Source of the DNA: Octopus bimaculoides
Lineage: Eukaryota
Reading direction: 5' to 3'
Length of the DNA: 39,547 nt
Assembly (NCBI RefSeq): GCF_001194135.2
Contig: NC_068984.1
Span: forward strand, 37,261,176 to 37,300,722
Shown: piece by piece, positions 23,470-35,499 of the stretch
How positions within the stretch are numbered: the first letter of the stretch is position 1
How the letters are laid out: every line of letters starts with the position of its first letter
Made by a program: the position numbers and the translations under genes
The notes under the pieces: generated by a model
Databases searched by the model: none
Told to the model about the DNA's origin: nothing
Seen by the model: the letters and a program-made list of their open reading frames with translations, nothing else

Positions 23470-25900
23470 AAAACCTATCCTGATTCGGTATAAATTAATA
23501 ATCAAGGATGACATTTCAGAATTTTGCAGAAAGCTTCGTTTAACAGAAGCTTTTATAGACTTCAACAATGAGGATGATTCAATTATTAAAATCAAAAGCA
23601 ACTTCATGCCTTCCAAAGGAAGAAATAAAGCACTGGACGATTTTTGTAACCACATCTAGAGTTTCCCTTTTACCCCACCCAAAACCAAGGTCAAATCAAA
23701 CTTTAATAGCAAAGAATGGAAAAACCTAAGAGATTTACAACAGGACAAACGCCTTACTATCAAAGAAGCTGACAAAGGTAGTACTGTAGTCCTAATGGAC
23801 ACAGATTTTTACAAACACCTAGTACTCTCCTTACTAAACGACAACTCTTTCTATGAAATTACCACTAACTATAAATAACAAAAAACTCTCAAAAACCTCA
23901 CCACCCTTATTCTTCAGCATGGTCAAGGACTCACGGACAAAGAAAAGGATTATATCATTAATCTCAAATGCAAGCCCAGCCTCTTCTATGGCCTCCCTAA
24001 AATCCATAAAAACAAATCCATCACCGAAGCCTGCAAACTCTCCTTTGACATCTACATCAACATCAAGGCACTGGAAGATTTAAAACTAAGACCTATTATA
24101 GCAGGCACCTCCTGCGAAACACACCGCTTAAGCAATTTCCTGGACATTCTTTTGAAACCTTTCCTACGTCGCATCAAAAGCTTCATTAGAGATAATCTTG
24201 ACATGCTCAAGCACCTCCCGAAAACAACAAACGAGGAGTCACTCTTGGTTTCTTTTGACGTGATCAACCTTTATACAAATATCCCTCATGAATATGCTAT
24301 TGAGGCAATTAAATTATGGCTGGAGAAACACTCAGAAGCATTTCCTAATCGCATCAGCACAACCTTCATTATAGAATCACTTAAGTTCAATCTGACCAAT
24401 AATTACTTCCTGTTTGCAAACATACTTTCGCCAAAAATGTGGTATCGCGATGGGTACCAAAGCTGTACCAGTCCTTGCGAATCTCATAATGGGCGTTTTT
24501 GAATTATCACTATATGAAATCTCACGCCAGAAATTTGGACACCTTTTCCACATCTACTTAATGGATAACTGAAAAAGATACTTGGATGATTGTTTCATCA
24601 TATGGAAGGAATCCTATGAAAACCTTCTAGAATTCAAACCCATACTTAACATACATCCCAGCATTCAATTCTCTATGGAATTCAGCAAACATCATCTCCC
24701 TTTTCTTGGTCTCTTAATTATAAAAACACCTAATAACCAAATCACAACCGACATCTACCACAAACCTACAGATTCACAACAATACCTCCTTTTCAGCTCA
24801 TGCCACCCAAAACACACCAAGATAAATATCCCCTTCAGACCCAACCACTCGAGAAATACGCTTACAAGATTTTTAAAAAAACACTATTACANNNNNNNNN
24901 NNNNNNNNNNNNNNNNNNNNNNNNNNNNNNNNNNNNNNNNNNNNNNNNNNNNNNNNNNNNNNNNNNNNNNNNNNNNNNNNNNNNNNNNNNNNNNNNNNNN
25001 NNNNNNNNNNNNNNNNNNNNNNNNNNNNNNNNNNNNNNNNNNNNNNNNNNNNNNNNNNNNNNNNNNNNNNNNNNNNNNNNNNNNNNNNNNNNNNNNNNNN
25101 NNNNNNNNNNNNNNNNNNNNNNNNNNNNNNNNNNNNNNNNNNNNNNNNNNNNNNNNNNNNNNNNNNNNNNNNNNNNNNNNNNNNNNNNNNNNNNNNNNNN
25201 NNNNNNNNNNNNNNNNNNNNNNNNNNNNNNNNNNNNNNNNNNNNNNNNNNNNNNNNNNNNNNNNNNNNNNNNNNNNNNNNNNNNNNNNNNNAGTAGCAGT
25301 CCATAAAGAACAAATAAATCTCCCACAACACCGCCAAATTCCACTCAGTGGCCACATAGACTCTTGCGCCAGAAACAAAAACCCTAAATTCCTTATATTC
25401 CCTTTCTATCAATGTAAAGACATAATCTCCACACAAGAAAGAATCAACAAGGAGAATCTTTTTACAGAGAAATTCCAACCACTTCTTAACACACAAACCC
25501 TTCGGTGACCATATTTCTCTAAGAACAGACATAAACTTCCTGTTGACAAAGAGTCCAGAACTCCAACTAAAGAGTATAAAACCCACAGAATTGAATTTCC
25601 CTTACACACACTTGCTGTTTTGACACAACACTTCCTGCTTAACATATAAACTTTCAGCCCGTTTTTTAAAACAAAACACAACTCTCAATTTCATACATCC
25701 TAATCTTTCTAACTATTATCTACATGGATTACCATTGAACTTTAAAAGCTGAAAGACTATTATTTTATTATATATTATTTTTTTATTTTTTTGTAAAAAA
25801 AAAATTTTCATTCTCTCTCTTCTTGAAAATTTGCCATGCAATGAAAGCCGGTTAGAAATCCCTTTTACACATCTATATTAAAATATGCTTTCAGTTCAGC
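23470..25900 (+). mobile_element. Penelope-like element B: RT, C-terminus of GIY-YIG and 3' region (decayed; gap 24892-25291 hides most of the EN)
   Basis: FCRKLRL, IKEADKGSTVV, FYGLPKIHK, LRPIIAG, LVSFDVINLYTNIP, GIAMGT (shifted frame), RYLDDCFIIW (YLDD 24579-24590), LPFL, DIYHKPTDSQQYL..SCHP. After the gap: HKEQI..PLSGHI..PFY..KEN..KFQPLLN* (stop 25508). Several stops, frameshifts and small deletions. Confidence 0.95.
25820..25857 (+). ncRNA. Candidate minimal hammerhead ribozyme (U3-A8 core variant) in the Penelope 3' region
   Basis: TTC-TTGAAAA-T[TTGC CAT GCAA]T-GAAA-GCCGGT-TA-GAA gives stem I 3 bp, core UUGAAAA, stem II 4 bp, GAAA and a near-palindromic stem III AGCCGGTT. The 10.1-11.1 pair is a U-U mismatch. 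Confidence 0.4.
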
Positions 25901-25984
25901 ATTTTGCCTTATTATTATTTTTCATTTTCTTATTATTTCTCCACGTGCGGTTAACACAACTCCACCATTTACTGACTCATATAT

Positions 25985-26184
25985 ATATATACTTTTATTC
26001 TTTTACTTGTTTCAGTCATTTGACTACAACCATTCTGGAGCACCGCCTTTAGTTGAACAAGCTTTGTAAGCCTAGTGCTTTTTTAATCGGTTTATTTTGC
26101 CAAACCGCTAAGTTACGAGGACGTAAACACACCAACGGGGGCAAACACACACACACAAACACACACAAACAAACACACACACAA

Positions 26185-26217
<33 letters not shown>

Positions 26218-26225
26218 CACACACA
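25985..26225 (-). mobile_element. SINE family 2, 3' part with internal (CA)n microsatellite
   Basis: TTTTACTTGTTTCAGTCATTTGACT..CCAT.CTGGAGCACCGCCTTTAG..CCGCTAAGTTACG.GGACGTAAACACACCA followed by (CA)n, matching a recalled abundant octopod SINE. The head probably lies in or beyond gap 26226-26806. Confidence 0.75.
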
Positions 26226-27199
26226 NNNNNNNNNNNNNNNNNNNNNNNNNNNNNNNNNNNNNNNNNNNNNNNNNNNNNNNNNNNNNNNNNNNNNNNNNNN
26301 NNNNNNNNNNNNNNNNNNNNNNNNNNNNNNNNNNNNNNNNNNNNNNNNNNNNNNNNNNNNNNNNNNNNNNNNNNNNNNNNNNNNNNNNNNNNNNNNNNNN
26401 NNNNNNNNNNNNNNNNNNNNNNNNNNNNNNNNNNNNNNNNNNNNNNNNNNNNNNNNNNNNNNNNNNNNNNNNNNNNNNNNNNNNNNNNNNNNNNNNNNNN
26501 NNNNNNNNNNNNNNNNNNNNNNNNNNNNNNNNNNNNNNNNNNNNNNNNNNNNNNNNNNNNNNNNNNNNNNNNNNNNNNNNNNNNNNNNNNNNNNNNNNNN
26601 NNNNNNNNNNNNNNNNNNNNNNNNNNNNNNNNNNNNNNNNNNNNNNNNNNNNNNNNNNNNNNNNNNNNNNNNNNNNNNNNNNNNNNNNNNNNNNNNNNNN
26701 NNNNNNNNNNNNNNNNNNNNNNNNNNNNNNNNNNNNNNNNNNNNNNNNNNNNNNNNNNNNNNNNNNNNNNNNNNNNNNNNNNNNNNNNNNNNNNNNNNNN
26801 NNNNNNATATATATATATATATATATATATATACAGGAATTGTAAAACCCATACACATAAAGGATACACATTTTCATTATTCGTATACATGTGAAGACAA
26901 ATTACATCTGCATGTGAACATGCCAGTGTTAATTTATGCATATCCTTTCACAAATCAGCATTAATTTTCTTCTTTGTTCAAATTTGTATATTCAACACAA
27001 TGATGTCTTACACCCAAAACCCAATTTTCCCAGTAAGCTACAGAATAAAGATTGTGGCTTTTAGAGTATTTGATTTTAGTTATTAGAAGCTTTTCAATAT
27101 TTTTATAGCTTTTAAAAGTATTCTGTGTATATGGCTTTTTGTTTTGTTTTCTTGTGGTATCCCTTTGTATTTGTCTTGTTTTTCTTTCTTTTATTCTTT

Positions 27200-27950
27200 T
27201 TTCCTTTTGTTTTTAGGTGAGGCAACATGATTGTATACGGTCTGGTGAATTGTTATAGCTAGCACGTATTCTATACTTTGAAGTTTCTTTCTATATCTGA
27301 ATCTTTTATTTTGGAGGTCTTTGATAAGTTAAAGTACGTTCCATAAGATTGTCGTTCCTATGTTTTAATTAGTAATAAGAGAACCTCACTGCCTATGTTT
27401 ATAGATCGTTATGTTTTTGATTGTAGCTATTTGTTGCTTCTTTCCCTTTTTTCCTTTCTTGTTAATGTTCATATTTTTGAAACCCATCATACTTGTAAAT
27501 TTAGCAGTTTTTGTTGCAGTTCGTATTGGTGATTTTTATTTAATTTTCGTTGGTCTGTAGTTAATGCTGTATTTGTTGTTCTCCACTAGTTTGATATACT
27601 TGGTTATATTTATTGCTAATTCAGTAGTCGTGTTTTTTTTATAACATATTTAAAATTATTCTTTCTCTTGTTGTTATTTTGTTGAAGATATCATTGTTAT
27701 TGTTTGTTTTTATTGTTTTTCTTCTTTAAATTCTTCTATATTTTCCATACGCTTTATAAGATGTATACTATGGATACAACGTAATTGTCTTTCAAACTTT
27801 TTAGCAATGTTCCCACCTTTCATTTGTATTCTGCTTTATTTATTATATTGTACCTAATTCGTTTCATTTTTTCTTCCATCATAATTCTGGTCTAATCGCT
27901 TGGCTACATAACTTCCTTTGATGGAGTTTTATTCCTTTTACCGTGCTTCT
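27200..27950 (-). mobile_element. Possible very old R4/Dong-like 5' ORF remnant
   Basis: Strong T-rich strand asymmetry like that of the 16.4-17.5 kb element. Faint RTATKTAKFTSMMGFK resemblance to the R4 pre-RT region. No diagnostic motif. Confidence 0.25.
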
Positions 27951-29041
27951 CTGATTCTCTTTGATTTCACTATTTTCTTTTAAACGCTTAAAAACAACTA
28001 TCTCAGAAAACAATAGTTACAACAATAACAATATCATTATCAATAACAACAATAGGAACCACATCAACAACAATAACAGCAGCAACAACAAAAAATATCT
28101 TGGTATTAATGGCGAATATTCTGCTCACTGCATTTCTATTACAAAATTTAACTAAAGGAAGCTGAATGATCTTTGTGTTTTATTGCTACATAGGGAGTAT
28201 TCTTTTTATGTTGTAGTATTGTAAAACATTTTGGTGAGGGTGATAGAGTGCCAGGTTGTCAAGAGACAGAAAATGTAATTAATATCTTTACTAAGTTTAG
28301 CCGAACCGAATATATTCTCTTTTCGTATCCGTGATTTTGAATAAAGAATTCTTAAACAACTTCTTTGAATAATGAATATTTGATTTCATGACAATGTTTA
28401 ATTTCCTTATATCAATTATAAATTTATTGGGTTATCCAAGTTAATTTATTCGGCAGTATTTATAAACAAATTCTTGACCTCAGTATTTGTTTTCTAATTA
28501 GTTTTACGTTTGAAATAGAAAAAGTAAATTTACAAACTAGTGTGAGTCTGGGTTTAAAATTCACTAAACTAACACACAAATGAAATATCAAATCATTTGT
28601 CTGTTGTTAATTTGGGATGTAATTTGTGTTTCTTCATTTATCGACTCCAGTGATTAAAACCGAAATTGAATTTTGGGGAACATTTGAATTTAGAACAGTG
28701 AGACTGGAAACTTTATACTGTATATAAACAATACTTCATCACTATAAGTGGCGTCGAATATAATCTGACGTCATATAACAATGTTGTAACGTAGTATTGG
28801 TGCACAAAAGCAAAGATGTTACAGATTATCAACAGAGTGAGTTCTAATGAGTATAAAGTTCCCGGTCTCCAAATTTTATTAAGTAAACGCCTCTAATTGA
28901 GCAACGAATCAAACAATTAGCAGAAAATTTAGGCAATTTATATAAAATACAAATGTACTTGGCGGAAATGTTTGTAAGCATTTGCTCTGTAGACAAGAAA
29001 TTGGCTAGATAACGACAAGATTTCAAATTCGATTTTAATAC

Positions 29042-29179
29042 ACGGCTCTTCGGGTTAGTGTTTTCTATTATACGCTGAGGTTGACCATCAACTTCGGATA
29101 GGATGGATTTAATATATACGGGATGATAGGCTACATTTTCACCATAAAGAGAAAGGTAGTCATCGAAAACTCTCAAGAA
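29042..29179 (-). CDS. Candidate coding exon (phase 0)
   Basis: Acceptor gtttctgttacttAG, then FLRVFDDYLSLYGENVAYHPVYIKSILSEVDGQPQRIIENTNPKSR within a 110-codon open frame. The donor is weak and ambiguous; family not recognised. Confidence 0.25.
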
Positions 29180-29360
29180 CTAAGTAACAGAAACACACAT
29201 ATAATTTTTAGAATCATAAGAAACGTAAAAAAAAAACATTAAAATATTTCTGATACTATACATTCGCTCATGATAGAACCAAACATGAATTTATTTAAGG
29301 AATAATTGATAAGTATAACATTAAGATAAAAACACAATGAATCATAGAGTAACATTTCAG

Positions 29361-29630
29361 AAGAGGTGAAGTGCAGTCAGTCACATTATATCTGAAACCT
29401 GATCAGGAACAATACAATTTCTTCATTTCTGCTAGTATGGATGTGTGTTGCGCATATGTGCAATTCTCTGTATGTATGTATGTATGTATGTATGTATGTA
29501 TGTATGTATGTATGTATGCGTGTATGTATGTCATTATTCAGTTTATTTCAAGATTTCTTGCCAATAGAGAAAGAACAGGTTTCTGACCTAGATTCAAGGC
29601 TATCATTGGAATTTCAACATCAACAAGCGG
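29361..29630 (+). CDS. Candidate two-exon fragment (29361-29434 and 29553-29630) around a (TATG)n-containing 118-nt intron
   Basis: acatttcAG|..RGEVQSVTLYLKPDQEQYNFFISA..|GTATGG and tttatttcaAG|..FLPIEKEQVSDLDSRLSLEFQHQQA..|GTATTT. The phases are compatible (1/1). No homology evidence. Confidence 0.25.
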
Positions 29631-29711
29631 GTATTTTTGTTTTTTTGTATGTATGTATGTATGTATGTATGTATGTATGTATGTATGTAGGCATGCATGC
29701 ATGTATGTATG

Positions 29712-29739
<28 letters not shown>
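29469..29739. repeat. Two (TATG)n tracts (29469-29529, 29647-29739)
   Basis: Direct reading. Confidence 0.93.
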
Positions 29740-29742
<3 letters not shown>

Positions 29743-29759
29743 GGACTCTGAAATCACAT

Positions 29760-30790
29760 CAGATGAAAGAGTCTGGTCCGGCAGGGCTCCAGAGCATCAC
29801 ACTCTGAACCCGACCGTCATACATGCGACGTTATTACAGCATGGTGGTGAGAAACTTCTACAGCAACTTCACTCTTTGTTTGGTAGGATATGGGCTAATG
29901 AATCTGTACCTGTGGACTGGAGAGATACAGTAATGGTGGTTTTATATAAGGGAAAGGGCAACAGGAATGATTGTGTTAACTATAGGGGAATATCATTGCT
30001 TTCTGTCGTAGAAAAGGTCTTATGCAGGATACTTGGGGATCGTCTGCTGAAACACGTTGTAGATTGTGTTCTTCCAGTAAGTCAATCTGGCTTTCGTGTG
30101 GGACGCGGCACTGCTAATGTGATCTTTGCAGCTAGATAGCTTCAGAAGAAGTGTGTGAAACAGGGTCTGGATTTATATCAGGTTTTTGTCGATCTGACAA
30201 AAGCCTTTGATACTGTTAATAGAAATGCACTGTGAAAAGTCCTCCAGAAACTTGGGTATCCTGAAAAGTTCCTTGCTTTGGTTAGATCTTTTTATGAAGA
30301 CATGAAAGGTAGGATTAATGTTAGAGGGAAAATGTCGAAGCCTATCTCAACGCAAAATGGAGTGAAACAGGGGGATATATTGGCACCGACCCTATTTGCC
30401 ATATACTGTATTTTGCTATGGTTTTCTGTATTGCATTCAGAAACTGCAGATATGTTGTTTACATCCACTATCGAATCTCTGGCAGCATATTTAATGTCAG
30501 ACGCTTTGCTGCAAAACAAAGGTGTTTACCTCTATCACAAGAGACCTTTTGTATGCTGATGATTGTGATCTAGTAGCGCACACAGTGATTGATATGCAAC
30601 ACATTTTGAATGCATTCTCTGATGCTTGCACTGGCTTAGGATTGACAGTCAGTCTCAAGAAAACTGTTGTCATGTACCAACCTGCTCCTGGTAAGCAGCA
30701 TATTGAACCAAATATATATGTGTATGGTAAATCAGTTGATGTAGTTGATCAGTTTGTCTACCTGGGAAGCACTGTTAATAGATATAGCAA
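29760..30790 (+). mobile_element. RTE-clade LINE reverse transcriptase fragment (pseudogenised)
   Basis: HGGEKLL..LH..IW..VP.DWRD..LYKGKG..NYRGISLLS..KVL..SQSGFR.GRGT..IFAAR*LQKKC..FVDLTKAFDTVNR..GVKQGDILAPTLF..LLYADD (YADD 30552-30563)..KKTVVM..FVYLGS. In-frame stops and frameshifts; truncated at both ends. Confidence 0.95.
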
Positions 30791-32049
30791 ATAATTGTAA
30801 ATTCTTTTTATATAAAATTATATATACGCACGCATTCACACGCACAAGCGCACACACGCACACAGATAGCGTTATTTTGTAGTACACGATGCCTAAATAA
30901 AAAAAAGGATGGATTAGCCATGACTTGAACGGCTTGCTCCATCGAGTTTTACACGGGACTAAAGCTCAAGGAAAAGGACCCATTGATTTCTATAATCCTG
31001 GATACACAATGCCGAAACAAGACAGGCGGATCATACCTGGAATGTCTTTGATTATACATTTGACTCAGAGTTAAACAACATCAAGCACCACTCCATTACA
31101 GTTACGAAGTTAACATGGACTCTATTTTTATGAACTTTACAGGTTTCAAATTTACTTGGAATATGAACATACAAGTTTGCAATGTTAATTCAATAACCTT
31201 ATAACTGACGTACACTATCTACAAGTTCAAATCAAATTTTGACTATCGAATATATTAGAAGGAAGGTCATATCTATACTGTGTCACACACTAAGACAATA
31301 TGTAAGTTATGAAAGAACGAAAATATTTATTTAAATTAGAAATTAATTACTTCGCAGTGTCTAAATCTTGTTAAAAGTTATGGTTTATTGGAACTAACAT
31401 TTTATTGAAACTTATTCTTTTAGAGTAATTACATATATCTGTCGCAATTTAAAAAACCATTCTCAATTTTGTTCACGTGTTACATGAATTAAATTGAATT
31501 TTAGAGAATTATCTTTGAGTTGAGTTGAAAATGTAGAAAAATAAATTTTAGTCATATGAGTATTGATTTGTTACATGTTACGTATAGAATAAATGGTATG
31601 CTTTTAGAAAACCGAGATTAAAAGGTAGTTTCCATTCTTTCTGAAATCTATTCGCTACACTTCACTTGAAACACTAATGCTGTAGAAAAAATATAAACAT
31701 TAGCATCACTGCAGCATCAAATTTCCCTTTCCTTAAAATCTATGGCGTCTCATGTTGAATAATGAATGAACTTCTTTGTTTTACGTGCTCACAATAATTC
31801 GGTAATGACATTCTAGACATATGCACACTTCAACAAATAATTTGTTTGCTGAAATCTACAAACAACGATGACTAATCTTGTTTAGTTTCAGAGAAGAGGG
31901 AGTAGCTTTCCCAAAGGTGACACAGGGATATCAGAACATTGGCGGCAGAATGTGTCCTCAGTTTGCTCAATCAAGTCTGTTTTCAACAGACATCGTCTGA
32001 AGAAAAGATCCTACAAAAATGAACATACGTTCAAATCTGAAGGGACGTG

Positions 32050-32330
32050 TTAGGAATGAATATGCAGACCATTATTTTGATCATAATTAATGGTCTCGTC
32101 TCGGCTAAATGTAGAATTTGCAGTAAAATAAAAGGGACGGTTGCGTACAAGGACTTTGAATGTAAAATGCTTGTTCAGAGGGCCTACAGAAACATGACAA
32201 GGTTGCTACATTGGCAAAATTTAAAAAATAAGAATTTGAAGATATGGAGAAATGATTTCACCATAAAACGAAATCCAACCTTGAAAATGACCAAAGTACT
32301 GCGGGGTGTGAAACTCTAAACAGAGCGGGA
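32050..32330 (+). mobile_element. R4/Dong-like copy A: old zinc-knuckle fragment
   Basis: SAKCRICSKIK.TVA..ECKML.Q..HDKVA..LHW..EFEDMEK*FHHK..NLEND across frameshifts. Confidence 0.7.
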
Positions 32331-33674
32331 CAATATCTTGCCCAAAGAAATGAAAGACGAAGTCATCACTGCATATTTCAAACGTCTCAAACTTCTCTTG
32401 AAATCAAAGCTAAACTCTAGGAACCTTGTGACTACCATCAACATATGGGCTGTTGCTGTAGTCCGCTACAATGCAACTACCCTGAAATGGACACCTGCGA
32501 AGATTGACAAAGTCGATCGCACAACCCGAAAGACAATGACAATGCACGGTGCCCTCCACCCTAAGGCAAATGTAAACAGGCTCTACATGGAGGGAGGTAC
32601 AGGTGGACGCGGGCTGATTAGCGTACGGGAGTGCATCAACAATGAAAGAAGAAACATGGCAGAATATATGGTAAACAGCAAACAAGACCTCTTACAGTAT
32701 GCTGTTAATGTAGAAGGAGTTAACAAAAACGGACTTGAGAGTGCTCATGAATTCCGATCAAGAACAGCCAACGAGAGAGAAGAAACCCTATTTCGTATGG
32801 AATTACATGGTCAGTTCCACCGTGAAACCAACAAGAGGTTAAAAGACCAGGAAGCATCATGGAGGTGGCTCAACAAGGGTGACCTAGAAAAGAAAGCTGA
32901 AAGCCTAATTATCGCTGCCCAGGACCAGTCATTGAGTATGAACTCAGTGACGAAGAATATATACCATACTAGTGCAACGGACCTCTACAGAATGTGTAAG
33001 AAGAGGATCGAAAGCGTGACTCACATTGTTAGTGCTTGTGAAAGTCTTGCACAGAAAGAGTACAAGCGTAGACACGACAAGGTAGTCCAAAACCTCCACT
33101 GGCTACTATACTGTAAGTATGGATATGAGGTTACGAGTGCTTGGTACCATCATACACCCGAAAAGGTAATGGACGAAAAGGGGAAGGCAAAAATTCTCTG
33201 AGAGTTTGACTTCCAGACAGACAAAGTGTTAGAACACCGAAAGCCGGATATAGTAACCTTTAGGAGGTACAAGAGTTCCCGATAACTGACATGGCAGTGC
33301 CAGGAAATCAACATATCATCATGAAAGAAAGCGAAAAGGATGATAAATATGGAGACCCGAGAATTGAAATCGCTGAGGTGTTGCAGCTACAAGTGTCAAA
33401 CATAAAAGTTATCCCTACTGTCATCGGAGCATTGGGTTCAATACCACCAAATTGGAAAAAAAAACATCTAAAAACCTTAGAAATACCCTACAATCTAGAT
33501 GAATTGCAAACGTCGGCACTACTTGGAACTGCATGCATATGGCATAACGTAATGTCTGTCTGAGGTCCTTGTTGTGACTTGGTAAACAGTACAAATCCTC
33601 GGTTGACACAATATTTTCAATCAACAACATCACGATATTGTATACTGTGCGATGTCTGTAATAATAATAATAAT
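32331..33674 (+). mobile_element. R4/Dong-like copy B: 5'-truncated; thumb, CCHC and RLE endonuclease, 3' UTR and (TAA)n tail
   Basis: ORF 32338..33201 (INIWAVAVVRY, LHPKANVNRLY, GGRGL, HGQF, AAQDQSL, YRMC..E.VTHIVSAC, RRHDKV), then *EFDFQTDK..HRKPDIV, a frameshift, and DMAVPG, EK..KY, VIGALG, ALLGTA to the stop at 33563. The premature TGA replaces a conserved W and the first knuckle Cys is Tyr. Confidence 0.95.
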
Positions 33675-33809
33675 TTCATTTCTTTGCCACAATGGGGAAG
33701 GACGACAGGCATAAGGCGTGGGGGTTTACATATAATAATGAAATGATAAAAAAAGTAAGTATTCATGGTATACACTGAAAAGGAAGAGACATATGCATAG
33801 GATATAAAG

Positions 33810-33908
33810 GTAAAAAGAAGAAAAAGAAGAAAAACAAGAACAACAACAGCATCAACAACAAAAGGAGCAACAACAACAACAACAACAGCAACAATAATAA
33901 TAATAATG

Positions 33909-33969
<61 letters not shown>
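33810..33969. repeat. (AAG)/(AAC)/(AAT)n compound microsatellite
   Basis: Direct reading. Confidence 0.95.
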
Positions 33970-33970
<1 letters not shown>

Positions 33971-33975
33971 CTAAG

Positions 33976-35345
33976 AACATGCCTTCCGCTAATGTGTAAA
34001 GTAATATCAGGTGCCTTGGCTGGTGAACTGTAAAGATACTTGGAAAAAAGTGGGCAGCTACCCACTGAACAGAAAAGATGCCGAAAAAGAGCCTGGGAAC
34101 GAAGGATCAGCTCTTAGTTGATAATCTAATTATCAGGTACAGCAAGACAAGATATTCAAACCTGAGCAAATCACCGTCAATAATCATATCGAAAATCATA
34201 CGATATGATACCACACTCCTGTATAATTAGAAAAATGGAAATGTATGGAGTAGCACAAAATATGAGAAGCCTTATATGCTTATATAAAATGCTGGAGAAC
34301 TGAATTAACAGCAGGGAAGAAAGTATTAGGAGAGGTGAACATCAATAGAGGAATTGTCCAGCGTGTACAGTGTGTCTCCGCTGATATTCGCGCTGGGAAT
34401 AATCCTCTTGAGTGAAATACTAGAAAAAACAAAATCGGGGTATGATCTGGAAAGAGGTAAGGGAAAACTAAACCACTTTCTATTCATGGACAACCTGAAG
34501 CTATTTGCAAAAGCTGAAGTAAAACTAGACAGCTTACTCCAGTCTGTACGGATTTTCTCCAATGATATTAAGATTGAGTTTGGACTCTCAAAATGTGCTA
34601 CGATGGTGATGAGACGAGGAAGGCTAGTCAGGACAGAAGACCTATGGTTGCCTAGTGGTGAAATTATGAAGGCAATTCAACCTGAATCCAGCTATAAATA
34701 CCAAGAAATACATGAGGCAGATGTAATCAAACACCACGACATGAAAGAAAAGACAAAAAAAATTACTTGCGGCGAGTGAGATAAATATTAGCTTGAAAGC
34801 TGAATGACAGAAACATAATTTCGGCAATAAACTCGCGCGCAGTCGCAGTAGTTCAGTATGGTGATGGAATCCTGAAGTTGACAGAGGAGGAGTTAAAGGA
34901 GATGGACAAGAAGTTAAGAAAGCTCCTAATGATACATAGGGCACATCATCCACGTGCATACACTGATCGCTTATACATGAAGAGAGCAAGTGGAAGAAGA
35001 GAAGAAGTGTGGAAGAGTGCGTGCGTATGGATCTCGAGAGCTTAATGAGGTATCTAGCCCAAAGTAAGGAAACCTTGCTAGTGACAGATATCACGAACGA
35101 ATGCTCTAGACTTGCCCAAAAACCACTGCAATGTGTGGCGACACAACCAAGTAGCGAAAATGCTTCGTTGGAAACTGTGAAAAGTGGGGGCTAGGGAGAG
35201 GCAAGACAAACTGCAGAGAGTGGAGAAGTCGGAGGCTAGCAAAATCCTACGGGATTTCCCAATCCAAACAGATCAGATGCTACAGCATAACAAACCGGAC
35301 CTAGTGGTGGTGGACAACGTGCACCACATATGCTATATATCCATA
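33976..35345 (+). mobile_element. R4/Dong-like copy C: RT, thumb and partial RLE (internal deletion, 3' end lost)
   Basis: TCLPLMCK, EQKRCR, KDQLL, YDMIPHS, RGI.Q..SVSPLIF, NHFLFMDNLKLFA, FGLSKCA, YKY, AINSRAV, DRLY. The sequence then jumps near 35085 to ITNECSRLAQ..RHNQVA..RWKL, KILRDFPIQTD..HNKPDLVVVD. Confidence 0.92.
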
Positions 35346-35347
35346 TG

Positions 35348-35495
35348 ACTTTTGCATAAGGATTGACAGTTAAAAGGGATGCAAAACTGGAATTGAACCA
35401 GGATTTGACATTACAGAAACTGTCGGAAGAGTGCGACATGATATTAAAATTAAGGCATGATACGGAAGAAATTCAATGGAAAGAGCGTTTCTGCC
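35348..35495 (+). mobile_element. Gypsy-type gag, downstream segment in inverted orientation
   Basis: GLTVKRDAK..LNQDLTLQKLSEECDMILKLRHDT resembles the gag segment that normally follows the part encoded at 35500-35993 on the minus strand (family recall). Confidence 0.6.
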
Positions 35496-35499
35496 TGTG

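Noticed and set aside
28766-28773. Perfect CRE palindrome TGACGTCA
   Set aside because: A single 8-mer with no other promoter evidence; expected occasionally by chance.
29441-30139. 232-aa ORF that looks like a novel repeat-RT fusion protein
   Set aside because: Chance read-through of stop-free (TATG)n tracts into a dead RTE RT fragment that hits a stop shortly after.
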